Positions 38,065 through 48,213 of a stretch of DNA of 64,000 bases are shown here, one piece after another (the first letter of the stretch is position 1; every line of letters starts with the position of its first letter). The stretch is taken from the IMG/VR virus record IMGVR_UViG_3300028029_000006, positions 88,236 through 152,235 of that record; one strand, written 5' to 3'. The position numbers were made by a program, and so were the translations under genes. This stretch comes from a virus. Under the pieces are notes generated by a model. It had not been told where the DNA came from. It did not search any database and was given only the letters and a program-made list of their open reading frames with translations.

Positions 38065-39159
38065 ATGAGAGTTAAGATTCAGCAATTTTTATTTGGTAAT
38101 ACACTTATGTCTTGGGCAATTGTGGGCCAAAACATAGGTCGTTCATTAATTAAATTAGGTCATGATGTAGAGTTTGTGTCTACAGATGAACCTCAAGATA
38201 AATATATTCCAAATGATTTAAAAGAACATGTTAGGAAAACACCTACAGGTGTTTATGATATGCAAATTAGCTATACGGCTATGCATAATTTCCCTAATTA
38301 TTTACGTCATGGCAATAAAAATAGATTTGGGATTTGGAATTTAGATTCTACGGTAGTTCCTAAAGATATGGTTAAGTGGCATAATTATTGTGATCAAATG
38401 TGTCCTTCATCAGATTTTGCTAAGCAAATCTTTTTAGATGCTAATATTCCTGAAAGTAAATTGGTGACAGTTCCTCATGGTATTAATATAGACGAGTTTA
38501 AAACTGACAAGAAATATAAATTAAAAACAACTAAGAATAAAAAAATCTTACTTAATATTGCTACTCCACATAAACGAAAGAATATTAAAAATACTCTAAA
38601 TGCACTTGGGAAAGCTTTTACCAATAAAGACGATGTTTGCTTGGTCATTAAAGTTAATACAAAAAAACAAAGAGATGCAAAATTTCATGTTAATTTTATT
38701 GACTTATTATCTAAATTCAAAAAGAAATTCAAAAACCATCCAGAGATTGAGCTTGTTCAAGGTTTCATTCCAAGTTTAGCTGAACTTTATAACTCTTGCG
38801 ATATAATTTTTATGATGAGCAATCTTGAATGTTTTTGGTTGCCTGGATTGGAAGCTTTGGTTAATGGTAAAATTGTAATAGCTACCAATCATGGAGGTCA
38901 GCTACAATATCTTAATAAAGATAATTCCGTTTTAATTGATGGTAAAATAATTAGAATGCCCACAGATTATCAATATTGGGTACCTTCTCCTCATGCTAAA
39001 ATGTTTGATGCTGATATAAACCATGCAGTTAAGCAATTAAGATATGTTGTAAATAATTATGATGATTTGTTAATCAAGTTAACTCCCAATATTAAAAAAA
39101 CGGTTGAACAGTTTACTTGGTGTAATGTTGCTAAACAATTTTTGGAGATGTGTAAATAA
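38065..39159 (+). CDS. Glycosyltransferase, GT4/GT-B
   Basis: VTVPHGINIDEF, HKRKNIKNTL, LYNSCDI...ECFWLPGLEALVNGKIVIATNHGG. Confidence 0.85.
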   Translation: MRVKIQQFLFGNTLMSWAIVGQNIGRSLIKLGHDVEFVSTDEPQDKYIPNDLKEHVRKTPTGVYDMQISYTAMHNFPNYLRHGNKNRFGIWNLDSTVVPKDMVKWHNYCDQMCPSSDFAKQIFLDANIPESKLVTVPHGINIDEFKTDKKYKLKTTKNKKILLNIATPHKRKNIKNTLNALGKAFTNKDDVCLVIKVNTKKQRDAKFHVNFIDLLSKFKKKFKNHPEIELVQGFIPSLAELYNSCDIIFMMSNLECFWLPGLEALVNGKIVIATNHGGQLQYLNKDNSVLIDGKIIRMPTDYQYWVPSPHAKMFDADINHAVKQLRYVVNNYDDLLIKLTPNIKKTVEQFTWCNVAKQFLEMCK

Positions 39160-39657
39160 ATGAAAGAAAATATGAAAGAAGAATTAATTGTACATTGGAG
39201 TAATTCGGCCCACAAGTCAGATGTTATAATTTGTTGTTATGATGGTAGATGTATATCTTTTTTAGATATAGTCGGCCGTGATCTACCTGAAGGTGTAGGG
39301 TGCGTTTTATCTGAGGATGATGGTGAAAAGTTTTTTTCATTTGATCCACGGAAGGTTACATGTAAAGAATGTAAGAAATCTTCAGATTTTTTATTTAATT
39401 TAGAGAAGGAAATGAATAAAGAAGAGCCAATTATACATTGGTTTTTCTCGTCCTTAGTAGGGCCATCTATAAAAACACCTATTTGTCAAAAGTATACATG
39501 CGAGCCTAATGTTTTTAACGAATGTTTATCAAGTATATGTGATGATAAATGTAGTGATAGTATGGTTGATAATTCTTCTTTTGATTTCAAAAAAGTCACA
39601 TGTGAAGAGTGTAAAGATAGTAATGTTTTTAAATTTTTAATTACAGGAATAGTTTAA
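39160..39657 (+). CDS. Protein with two His/Cys (zinc-finger-like) domains
   Basis: Two copies of IxHW...C...SFDx(R/K)KVTCxECK. Confidence 0.6.
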   Translation: MKENMKEELIVHWSNSAHKSDVIICCYDGRCISFLDIVGRDLPEGVGCVLSEDDGEKFFSFDPRKVTCKECKKSSDFLFNLEKEMNKEEPIIHWFFSSLVGPSIKTPICQKYTCEPNVFNECLSSICDDKCSDSMVDNSSFDFKKVTCEECKDSNVFKFLITGIV

Positions 39658-39681
39658 ATATTATATTCAAAGAAAGAAAAT

Positions 39682-40056
39682 ATGAAAGAAGAAAAAGAAG
39701 AGTTAATTGTACATTGGTCTAATTGGGCGTCTCAACCTACTATTATGGTTAGCTGTAGTAAGCTCGGGTATACAGTGCAACCAAGAAAAGAACATTTACC
39801 AACATATGTTTGTATAGCGCTTGGTCCTGATGATAAAATTATTAACTACTCATTTGATACTCGTGAAGTAACATGTGAAGAATGCAAGAGAAATAAATCA
39901 TTCATTAATTATTTAGAAAAGCGTTTAGATTATGATGAAAGATTAAAAGAAAGCGGTTTATCTGAAGATGATTATATTGAAAGTTTAATTAAAATTAGGA
40001 AGAACAGGAAGAAAAAAAATGAAAGAGTTAAGTATCATAATACCTGTTTTCAATAA
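39682..40056 (+). CDS. Paralog with one His/Cys domain
   Basis: EELIVHWSN...SC...SFDTREVTCEECK. Confidence 0.6.
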   Translation: MKEEKEELIVHWSNWASQPTIMVSCSKLGYTVQPRKEHLPTYVCIALGPDDKIINYSFDTREVTCEECKRNKSFINYLEKRLDYDERLKESGLSEDDYIESLIKIRKNRKKKNERVKYHNTCFQ

Positions 40057-40696
40057 TTGCCAATTTACTAAAGCTTGTTTATCTGACTTATCTAAATTAG
40101 AAATAGATAAAGAGATTATCATTGTTGACAATAATAGCTCAGATGATACTTTTAATATAGTTTCTCAATTTGAAGATGTTATTTATTTAAAAAATAATAT
40201 TAATGAAGGGTTTTCTAAAGCTAATAACAAAGGTTATAAAGAATCTTGTGGTGAATACGTATTATTTCTTAATAACGACATTAAAGTTTTAGATAGAATA
40301 AAAGATTGGCCACAATTATTAATAGATTCATGTGATAATGGCGTTGTTGGTACTCAATCTGGGTTAATTGATTCCAAATATAAGTTTGTTAAAGAAGGTA
40401 AATTTGATCCTAATATTAAAGGTGGTTATTTGAGTGGATGGTGTGTTTTAGCAAAACGTTCAACTTGGGATAGTTTAGTTTTAGATGAACAAATAGGTCC
40501 ATGGAATAGTTTATATTATCTTTATTATGAAGATAATGATTTGTCTTTCAGAGTTAAAAAAGCAAAATTACCATTGAAAATAATTGATGTTCCCGTACAT
40601 CATTACTCAAGAGTTACAGGAAAAAAATTCAACATGTTTCACCACTTAAACAAGTCAAAAAGAATTTTTAAGAAAATCTGGAAAAATATAGTTTAG
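40019..40696 (+). CDS. Glycosyltransferase, GT2
   Basis: LSIIIPVFNN, IIIVDNNSSD, NEGFSKANN, LFLNND, YYEDND. Confidence 0.88.
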   Translation: MKELSIIIPVFNNCQFTKACLSDLSKLEIDKEIIIVDNNSSDDTFNIVSQFEDVIYLKNNINEGFSKANNKGYKESCGEYVLFLNNDIKVLDRIKDWPQLLIDSCDNGVVGTQSGLIDSKYKFVKEGKFDPNIKGGYLSGWCVLAKRSTWDSLVLDEQIGPWNSLYYLYYEDNDLSFRVKKAKLPLKIIDVPVHHYSRVTGKKFNMFHHLNKSKRIFKKIWKNIV

Positions 40697-40700
40697 AATT

Positions 40701-41804
40701 ATGAATAAAATTAAAAAAGCTAAAGAAAAAGCCTTAAGCAGAGGGGGGGAGTGTTTATCTGAAACATGTAATAAAGTAACGGATAAACTTAAGTGGATTT
40801 GTGATAAAAATCATACATGGATTACATCTTATAGTACCGTTATTAACAGTTCTTGGTGTCCTGAATGCAGTTATGAAAAAAAAAGGTTATCTATTGAAAA
40901 AATAAATAAAATAGTTGGTGATAAATTTGGGGGTTTGTGCATTTCTAAAAAATATAAAAATAACCAAACTAAGCTTTTGTGGCAATGTAAAAAGGGGCAT
41001 ATTTGGAGTGCTATTTATGGAAATATACAAAACCATAATCGTTGGTGCCCACATTGTGCTGGTAATGCTAAGTTAAATATTAATCAAATGAATGAGATTG
41101 CAAGCAAAAGAGGAGGTAAATGTAACTCTATTAAGTACACTAATAATCACACTAAATTATCTTGGGAGTGTTTTATTGGGCACCGATGGGAAATGAGACC
41201 TAATGATGTAATTCAAAAAGGAAATTGGTGCCCTGAATGTAATAATTCAATTGGAGATAGGTGTTGTAAGATTATATTTGAGAAATCTACAGGTAGAATA
41301 TTTAAAAAAATACGACCTGATTGGCTTAAAAATCATAATGGAAATAATTTAGAGCTTGATGGTTATTGCTCCAGTTTAAATATTGCGTTTGAATATAATG
41401 GGGTTTATCATAATGAATTAGTTTTTACTTTTCATGACGAAAACGATTTAAAAAAAGTTAAAACTCATGATGAAATTAAAAGAAATATTTGCGCAGATTT
41501 GGGTATTAAATTATTCGTAATAAATGAACCTCGCCCATTTTCATTAAAAAAAATAAAAGAAGAAATTAAAAGAAAAGTTGATTTTAATGTTGTTGATGAT
41601 ATCAATAATATTGATTTGTTAGTTTATGCTAATGATAAGTTAGAAAAATATAGAGAGATAGCTAAATTAAAAGAGGGAAGCTGTTTAGATAATAAATGGA
41701 TTAATTCTCAATATAAATTAAGATGGAAATGTAAGAATAATCATATTTTTGAAGCAACTCCAAACGGAATACAGCAAGGTAAATGGTGCCCAAAATGCAA
41801 GTAA
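40701..41804 (+). mobile_element. Zinc-ribbon-repeat endonuclease, 3 + 1 repeats
   Basis: Same repeat as 31662, with core LELDGYCSSLNIAFEYNGVYH. Confidence 0.75.
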
Positions 41805-42613
41805 ATAAAATTATAATCTTATGTTTAAATTGGAACGGTTGTAGGTTGTTAAAAAAATCAATCCCGTCACTTAAAAATAACTTAAAAAATTTAAAACAAA
41901 TTAACTATGAAATATTCATTAGAGATAATGGCAGCTCTGATCAATCAATTAATTATTTAAATGAAAATCATTCAGACGTTAACTTATTGGAAATTAATCA
42001 TAATCGTGATTCTTTTTCAGTTGGAGTTAATTCTTTATTTAATTTAGCTAAGCCTAATGATAAAGATGTTATTTTATTATTAAATAATGATATTGAGTTT
42101 AAAGATGATAAATCCCTTTATAATATGATTAATGTTATGAATGAAACTGGAGCAGCTGTTGTTGGCGCCCGACTTTTGTATAAAAATGGAAATATAAGTC
42201 ATAATGGAATTATATTTTCGCCTAAATATGGGAATATGCCTTGGCATTATAGAGAAGGTAAAAGGTCACGACCTTTTGATCTTTGTTCAAGAGAATTCCA
42301 GGCGGTAACAGCTGCTTGCTGTCTTATTAAGGTTAAAAATTTTAAAGCAGCGGGGGGGCTAAATGAGAATCTGAAATGGGCATTTGAAGATGTAGATATG
42401 AATTTAGAGATTTCAATTAATCAAAAAGAAAAAGTAATATGTTGTGGGAGTACAAACATAATACATCTAACATCTGCCTCTTTAAAGAAAAACCCAGTTA
42501 ATAAATTATTTCTAAACAAAAATGTTAAATATTTTAAAAAGAAGTGGTTTGGAAAGTATAGTTTGGATCATGATAAATACTTAAATGACTCAAATTATAA
42601 ATTAATTAAATGA
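41795..42613 (+). CDS. Glycosyltransferase, GT2
   Basis: LCLNWN, IRDNGSSD, LLLNND, VGARL, AVTAAC, FEDVD. Likely start ATG 41795. Confidence 0.88.
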   Translation: MQVNKIIILCLNWNGCRLLKKSIPSLKNNLKNLKQINYEIFIRDNGSSDQSINYLNENHSDVNLLEINHNRDSFSVGVNSLFNLAKPNDKDVILLLNNDIEFKDDKSLYNMINVMNETGAAVVGARLLYKNGNISHNGIIFSPKYGNMPWHYREGKRSRPFDLCSREFQAVTAACCLIKVKNFKAAGGLNENLKWAFEDVDMNLEISINQKEKVICCGSTNIIHLTSASLKKNPVNKLFLNKNVKYFKKKWFGKYSLDHDKYLNDSNYKLIK

Positions 42614-43596
42614 GTAATAAGATAGTATCATTCCCTTGGTCTCCTGGAATTCCTTGGCAACTTGATTATAAAAGCTGCGTATCTCCAAAATTACCATTTG
42701 ATTTATTTGAAACGGTACTTGAAAAGAAAGAATTAGTCGTAGGAGTATATGGAGGATTGTTTGAGTCTTTCTATTCTTTATGTTTATTTGAAGTCTTAAA
42801 TAAGAACTTAAGAAATACTTTAAAGTGGTGTGGTTATCCAGAGTATTATGGTTTACTTGAAGCTCAAGGGTTAGCTGTTCCATTTTTAGAGAAAGTTACT
42901 CCTTATGACATGAAAAGGTTTCCTACTCCAATATTCTTTGATAAAAATGAAAGGGCTTATTTTAATTGTTTAAATAACTATTTGATAAAAACTCCTTATC
43001 ATTCTACTTTCTTTTCAAAGGGATTCAAAAACCCTAAACCAGTAATACAACAGATTGTTGAGAAGGTAACAATTCCTTGGGACAGAAGTTGTTTGCCTAA
43101 GTTTAGATTTGAAGAAACTTTTGGAGATTTTACTGATCTTTTTAAGATGAGAAATATTTCTTTAAAGAAGAAAACTATATTGTTGATGCCTGATTCAACT
43201 GAGTTATCTATTCATAAAGAATCTAATATTGATTGGAATAAACATCAAGTAAAATCTTTTATTGTTATGGCTACTCAAGCTAATTATCAGGTTATATTAT
43301 TAACCAATAATTCAGAAGCATATTGGGGAACTCTTGCTAAGGTAATTCCTTTTTCAATTAATATGTTTTTTTCTTTAATTGAACATGTTAAGTTTTTGAT
43401 TGCTAAAGAGGTTGATTATTCTTTAATAGCTTTAAGTTATGATGTTAATATAATATCAAATGAACGCAAATGGTTTATGAAAAATGAGGATGATCCTCGT
43501 CTTAATTTAGAGAGAAATGTTAAGTTTCTTAAGTCCTCTTCAGTTATATATACTGAAGGAGAGGTTTTGCCAGAAACAGCAATTAAATTCATGTAA
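42610..43596 (+). CDS. Hypothetical protein, possibly GT-B (GT9-like) fold
   Basis: Located in the glycan island. VGVYGGLFES and TILLMPDS only weakly resemble heptosyltransferase-type proteins. Confidence 0.3.
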   Translation: MSNKIVSFPWSPGIPWQLDYKSCVSPKLPFDLFETVLEKKELVVGVYGGLFESFYSLCLFEVLNKNLRNTLKWCGYPEYYGLLEAQGLAVPFLEKVTPYDMKRFPTPIFFDKNERAYFNCLNNYLIKTPYHSTFFSKGFKNPKPVIQQIVEKVTIPWDRSCLPKFRFEETFGDFTDLFKMRNISLKKKTILLMPDSTELSIHKESNIDWNKHQVKSFIVMATQANYQVILLTNNSEAYWGTLAKVIPFSINMFFSLIEHVKFLIAKEVDYSLIALSYDVNIISNERKWFMKNEDDPRLNLERNVKFLKSSSVIYTEGEVLPETAIKFM

Positions 43597-43604
43597 GGAA
43601 GAAA

Positions 43605-44387
43605 ATGACAGCAAGCATAATGATGGTAACCTATAATAGGTTAGATTTAACAAAAGAAACTTTGGATAATTTATTTAAAAACACAAAATATCCTTTCAAT
43701 TTAATTATTGTTGACAATGGTTCGAAAGATGAAACTGTTAAGTATTTGGACAAGATCTTAAGTAAAGAAATGGAAGGTAATGAAGCCTTCAAAGATTATA
43801 AAGTTATTGCCAGCAAAGAAAATTTAGGTATTGCTATTGGTAGAAATTTAGCTTTATATGAAGCTATTAACAAGTATGACTCTCAATGGTTAGCTACAAT
43901 TGATAATGACGTTGAAGTTCCTGAAGGTTGGCTTGGAGAAGCTATTAGTGTCATGGAGTCTAATCCAGCTTATGCATCTATTGGTGTTAACATGGAGAGA
44001 GTAGAATACCAAATGGTTACTAAGAATGGTAAAACTTTTCAAAGTAAACCTCAAGGTAACTTAGGTACTGCTGCTATGGTTTTTGGTAGAAGCCTGCAAA
44101 AAATGCTTGGGTTCTTTAATTATAAGGATTTTAATTTTTACGGCCAGGAAGACAGCGACTGGGGGATGAGAACCCGAGTTCTTGGTTTAAAGCTTGGTTA
44201 TATTGAAAAAATGGGTAATCATCTAGGAGAAGGTAAGCGTGATCAGGGTGAATATCGTGAGTTTAAAACTAAGTCTCATCAAGACAACATGAAAGTATTT
44301 AATAGTAATGTTAGAGAGTACATGCAGCGTAAACGTCCTTTATTTATTAACTTTTCTCCCAGTGATATAAATGCAGTATGGAAATAA
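43605..44387 (+). CDS. Glycosyltransferase, GT2
   Basis: SIMMVTYNR, IIVDNGSKD, ENLGIAIGRN, TIDND, YGQEDSD. Confidence 0.88.
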   Translation: MTASIMMVTYNRLDLTKETLDNLFKNTKYPFNLIIVDNGSKDETVKYLDKILSKEMEGNEAFKDYKVIASKENLGIAIGRNLALYEAINKYDSQWLATIDNDVEVPEGWLGEAISVMESNPAYASIGVNMERVEYQMVTKNGKTFQSKPQGNLGTAAMVFGRSLQKMLGFFNYKDFNFYGQEDSDWGMRTRVLGLKLGYIEKMGNHLGEGKRDQGEYREFKTKSHQDNMKVFNSNVREYMQRKRPLFINFSPSDINAVWK

Positions 44388-46501
44388 ATTCTGGTCAACT
44401 TAAAAAATATATAAGCTCATCTAAATCTGTTAATTTAATGACAGATGGGTGTAAGCTTTTACCTCGTGTTGGCCGTGTACAATTTGACTTTTCAGATTTT
44501 AGCGGTATCACCAATTGCAAAGTTAGAGCTAAAAGATTATCTGGAAATGGTAAGATAAAACTTGTAATTGGAAATAAATCTAGTAATATAATTATAGCAT
44601 CTAAATCATCTTTCACGTTTAATATTGAACTAGGAGAAGATAAATTATTTGAAATATTAAGACCGCCAGATAGCTCTGGAGAAATTAGTGTTATAAGTAT
44701 TGCGTTTGATCCTAATATAAAAGAGGCACCAATGGCAATTAATTGGAAAGGTTTAATTCGTAGATGTGGTAAATATAAAAATCTCAGACTTATCAAAGGT
44801 AGGTTATTTGCTGGTTCTGGAGGTTTTATTGAACGTGGAGAAATGGTTTCTGAAATTGAAACTAGCCCGCCTAATATGTTTAAATATGATGGTGGTAAAT
44901 TAATTTTTATTAACTCTTGTGAGGTCACCAATTTAGTTGTGGGCATGGGTGTTAAAGCAAAAGAGAATTTAATCAAAAATCTTTATGTAGAAAGGCAAGC
45001 TCCTACCAAAATTGAGGTAGCTCAAAATTTAGTTCCCAAGCAAGCCACACCTAAAGGACAGTTGCCCCCTATTCCTAGGCCAATTGTTGATGGCACTTTT
45101 AGTGGTTTGGAGAATCAGATAATTTTTGACTCTAATAATATCAATTTTACTAAAACAATTATAGGTAAAAACAAATACGTTAAACCTATTAAAAGTCTAG
45201 GAAAAGATTATATATTATTAAGGCAAAATGGTAATTTTAATATTCCAATTTCAATATTAGAACCTAATAAAAATTATATTTGTGTTTTTTACGCCAAAAA
45301 ACTTAATGGTAATGGTAAAATTCGTGTTGGCTTGTCGGAAAATGATGTTATTAATGAATTTTTCGGAGAAGTTCAATTCTCTAAAAATATAAATAGCAAA
45401 TACGTTTACCTAAGAACCAGCAATGATGTAAATCAAAAAATTCATTTATCAATGCCGCCCACATCTTCTAATGGAGAAATACTTATTAATCGTATTGTTA
45501 TTTTAAATGATATTGATTTTAAGAGTGATAGGTATAACTATTTTCCACCTGTTTATGCACAAACTATTAAAACGCCTGTTTCTTTAATTAATTATAATGT
45601 TACTATTTCTGAGTCTAATGATGAACAGTACATTTCTTCAAAAAGATTTTTAAGGTATTCTAAACCTAAGCAAGCTGTTAATGCTGATCAAATGTTTAAC
45701 GGCAATATGTCTGTTAGTTCATTAAATAGTATGATGTGGTTTAATGAGATGAAGAGTTTTTGTCCCAAAATTTATATTGATGATAAAAATCCTGATAGTG
45801 GATTAAGTATTAGTGAAGTAGGCTCTATTAAAAAGAAAAATAATATTTGGTTGAGTGTTTTTAATTCTATATCAGATACGGATTTATCTATATTATCTAA
45901 GTCTAAAAAAGTTTTTTCTCCATCTCTATCTAATTACCAAGAATTAAGTAAAAAACTACCTAACACAAAGGTGGAGCTTTTTAAATTACCTCTACCGTGG
46001 ATTAAACCTGAAAGCCAAAATATTTTTAATAAGTTTGAATTTGTGGTAGCTTTTAATAGGTGCTCAGCTTCTACTTCTAGAATTATAGAAGCTTGGTCCA
46101 ATGACCTTCCAAAATTAGTCTTAGTAGGAGCAAGAGGTAATTATCCAGATTTCGTAATACCAACTAATGAATATATAAAATATTCTCAGTTAGTTAATAT
46201 TATTAGTAAAGCCAAATGTGTTATTGATTTGCCAATGATTAGAGATTACGCATCTTCTCTTTTAGGTTTATCTTTAGCTGTAGGAACACCTGTTGTTAGT
46301 ACAAATTGGTTTATTTTTAATGAAGATAATTCAGTTTTTCTTGTTGGAGAAGATAAAGTAGGAAATATATCTATTCCATCTGTTGATAATATGAAAAAAG
46401 GGCTTGAAAAAGTATTTCTACTTAATAAAACCCAGGTTAGCGATTCTGATTTAATTGATTATAGTAATACGGAAATTGAAAGATTTAAGCGTATGTTTTA
46501 A
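44378..46501 (+). CDS. Multidomain protein: repeated beta-rich domains plus GT-B-like C-terminus
   Basis: AKRLSGNGKI and AKKLNGNGKI repeats. C-terminal LVNIISKAKCVI...SLAVGTPVVST resembles the end of GT4 enzymes. Confidence 0.4.
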   Translation: MEINSGQLKKYISSSKSVNLMTDGCKLLPRVGRVQFDFSDFSGITNCKVRAKRLSGNGKIKLVIGNKSSNIIIASKSSFTFNIELGEDKLFEILRPPDSSGEISVISIAFDPNIKEAPMAINWKGLIRRCGKYKNLRLIKGRLFAGSGGFIERGEMVSEIETSPPNMFKYDGGKLIFINSCEVTNLVVGMGVKAKENLIKNLYVERQAPTKIEVAQNLVPKQATPKGQLPPIPRPIVDGTFSGLENQIIFDSNNINFTKTIIGKNKYVKPIKSLGKDYILLRQNGNFNIPISILEPNKNYICVFYAKKLNGNGKIRVGLSENDVINEFFGEVQFSKNINSKYVYLRTSNDVNQKIHLSMPPTSSNGEILINRIVILNDIDFKSDRYNYFPPVYAQTIKTPVSLINYNVTISESNDEQYISSKRFLRYSKPKQAVNADQMFNGNMSVSSLNSMMWFNEMKSFCPKIYIDDKNPDSGLSISEVGSIKKKNNIWLSVFNSISDTDLSILSKSKKVFSPSLSNYQELSKKLPNTKVELFKLPLPWIKPESQNIFNKFEFVVAFNRCSASTSRIIEAWSNDLPKLVLVGARGNYPDFVIPTNEYIKYSQLVNIISKAKCVIDLPMIRDYASSLLGLSLAVGTPVVSTNWFIFNEDNSVFLVGEDKVGNISIPSVDNMKKGLEKVFLLNKTQVSDSDLIDYSNTEIERFKRMF

Positions 46502-47418
46502 ACTGTTTCCAATATAATTTTATATGTTTTTTCATTAGATGTCAAATCATAAAACTTTTTAGTTCCTAAAATGTCATTTTTAACTGTGTTAACATAATTT
46601 TGATGATCTTGAGCGGAAAAGTCTTCTAATTTAGATAACAACTTGGGCTTATTAATAATCCAATCTTTACCTTCTTTTCTACAGTACTCTCTTAAGTCAA
46701 TATATGATTCTTTTGCTAATCCAAAATCATTTACATTATGACAACCAAAGTATATTGGAACAGCTCCAGTTTTCCAAACATCAGGCATTTTCTCAGTAAA
46801 ATAATTATGAGTAAAAACTGGATCGTAAGAGTTCTCAGTACATACAGAGAATTTGCTACTTTCTAATAACGTTTGCTTATTTTTAGCTTTTCCTTTATAG
46901 TAATCTCTCTTAATGGGAATTTGACCATACCATTCTACTTTAAATTTTGATTGCGCATGTAACATATCAGCTAATAACAATCTAAAAGAGTATAATTCAG
47001 AATGATGTTGTGAAGTCTTATTATTTGCGACAAAAATTATTTTGTTTTTTCTTTTTGACCACTCTGGCCATTTATCAGTTATTCCTGGTCCAGGGATTTG
47101 GTGATAAGTTGGATGAGGTATTTCAATAACTTTTTCTCTTAATTTGGAATTAAAAGCTTTTGATGCCCAAGTGAAAATATGATCAAATCCTCCTACATAT
47201 TTTGATTCATAATCTCTTTCTAAAACACAATAAGGCTCAACTACCAAGATGCTTTCACCAGGCTTTGGATCCCTAATTGAATACCAACCCATTCCGATAT
47301 TAATTTTATTCGGATCTCTTTTGTTGTTATTCCAAATTTCACCAAGTTCATTTTCAAAAACTTTGCTTGGAGCACCAGTTCCAGGTGCGTAAACTATATT
47401 AATTGATTTTTTTGCCAT
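46498..47418 (-). CDS. GT10 alpha-1,3/4-fucosyltransferase-like protein
   Basis: SSKFSVCTENS...NYFTEKMPDVWKTGAVPIYFG is a GT10 motif. Likely start ATG 47418. This is the only credible minus-strand gene. Confidence 0.75.
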   Translation of the reverse strand: MAKKSINIVYAPGTGAPSKVFENELGEIWNNNKRDPNKINIGMGWYSIRDPKPGESILVVEPYCVLERDYESKYVGGFDHIFTWASKAFNSKLREKVIEIPHPTYHQIPGPGITDKWPEWSKRKNKIIFVANNKTSQHHSELYSFRLLLADMLHAQSKFKVEWYGQIPIKRDYYKGKAKNKQTLLESSKFSVCTENSYDPVFTHNYFTEKMPDVWKTGAVPIYFGCHNVNDFGLAKESYIDLREYCRKEGKDWIINKPKLLSKLEDFSAQDHQNYVNTVKNDILGTKKFYDLTSNEKTYKIILETV

Positions 47419-47449
47419 TTTTTCCTTTTTCAAGACCTACAAAATACTC

Positions 47450-47467
47450 ATATGATATATATCATAT
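47450..47467. promoter_or_regulatory. Perfect 18-bp palindrome in the divergent intergenic region
   Basis: ATATGATATATATCATAT, between the divergent GT10 and GT2 starts. Confidence 0.5.
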
Positions 47468-47478
47468 CAGAGGTAATT

Positions 47479-48213
47479 ATGCAAAAAATAACAGTAGTAA
47501 TACCATCTTATAAAAATGAGAAGTGGTGCGAGAAAAATTTATCATCAGTATTATCACAAGATTATGATAATTATAAAGTAATTTATACAGACGATTGCTC
47601 TCCAGACAAAACGGCTGATAAAGTAGAAGCATTTATCAAGCAGCATAAAGCTGGTGATAAAGTTGAATTAATTCGTAATACTACACGACTAGGTGCTATG
47701 CATAATTTATATAATATGATTCACTCTTGTGATGATAATGATGTGATTGTGACTACTGATGGGGATGATATGCTTGCCCATTCTAGGGTATTACATAGGA
47801 TTAATGAAGAATATGAATCTGGTGAAGTATGGATGACTTGGGGATCTTATGTTGACCACCCACAAAACACAAAAGGTTGCGCAAAACCAATTCCTCAACA
47901 TATTATTAATGCAAATAGTTTTAGACGTCATCCGTGGTGTTTTTCTCATTTGAGGACATTTAAAGCTGGTATTTTTAAAAAGTTGCCAGAATCAGATTTT
48001 AAAGAAGGTGATAAGTGGATGATGGCTGGGTGGGATTTGCCAATTATGTTTGGTTTGGCTGAACTTTCAGGTAATAGAATACGTCATATTCCTGATGTTT
48101 TGTATTTATATAATAACTTAAATCCAATACAAGACTTTAAAATTCGCCTGCATGAACAACAAAGAATTGAGAGGCTTGTTAGGGGAAGGAGACCTTATGA
48201 TCGAATTAAATAA
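47479..48213 (+). CDS. Glycosyltransferase, GT2
   Basis: TVVIPSYKN, YTDDCSPD, TDGDD, WMTWGS, SHLRTF. GAGGT SD before ATG 47479. Confidence 0.85.
   Translation: MQKITVVIPSYKNEKWCEKNLSSVLSQDYDNYKVIYTDDCSPDKTADKVEAFIKQHKAGDKVELIRNTTRLGAMHNLYNMIHSCDDNDVIVTTDGDDMLAHSRVLHRINEEYESGEVWMTWGSYVDHPQNTKGCAKPIPQHIINANSFRRHPWCFSHLRTFKAGIFKKLPESDFKEGDKWMMAGWDLPIMFGLAELSGNRIRHIPDVLYLYNNLNPIQDFKIRLHEQQRIERLVRGRRPYDRIK

Noticed and set aside
46490-47470. Invertible phase-variation cassette around GT10
   Set aside because: No convincing flanking inverted repeats and no recombinase in the window.
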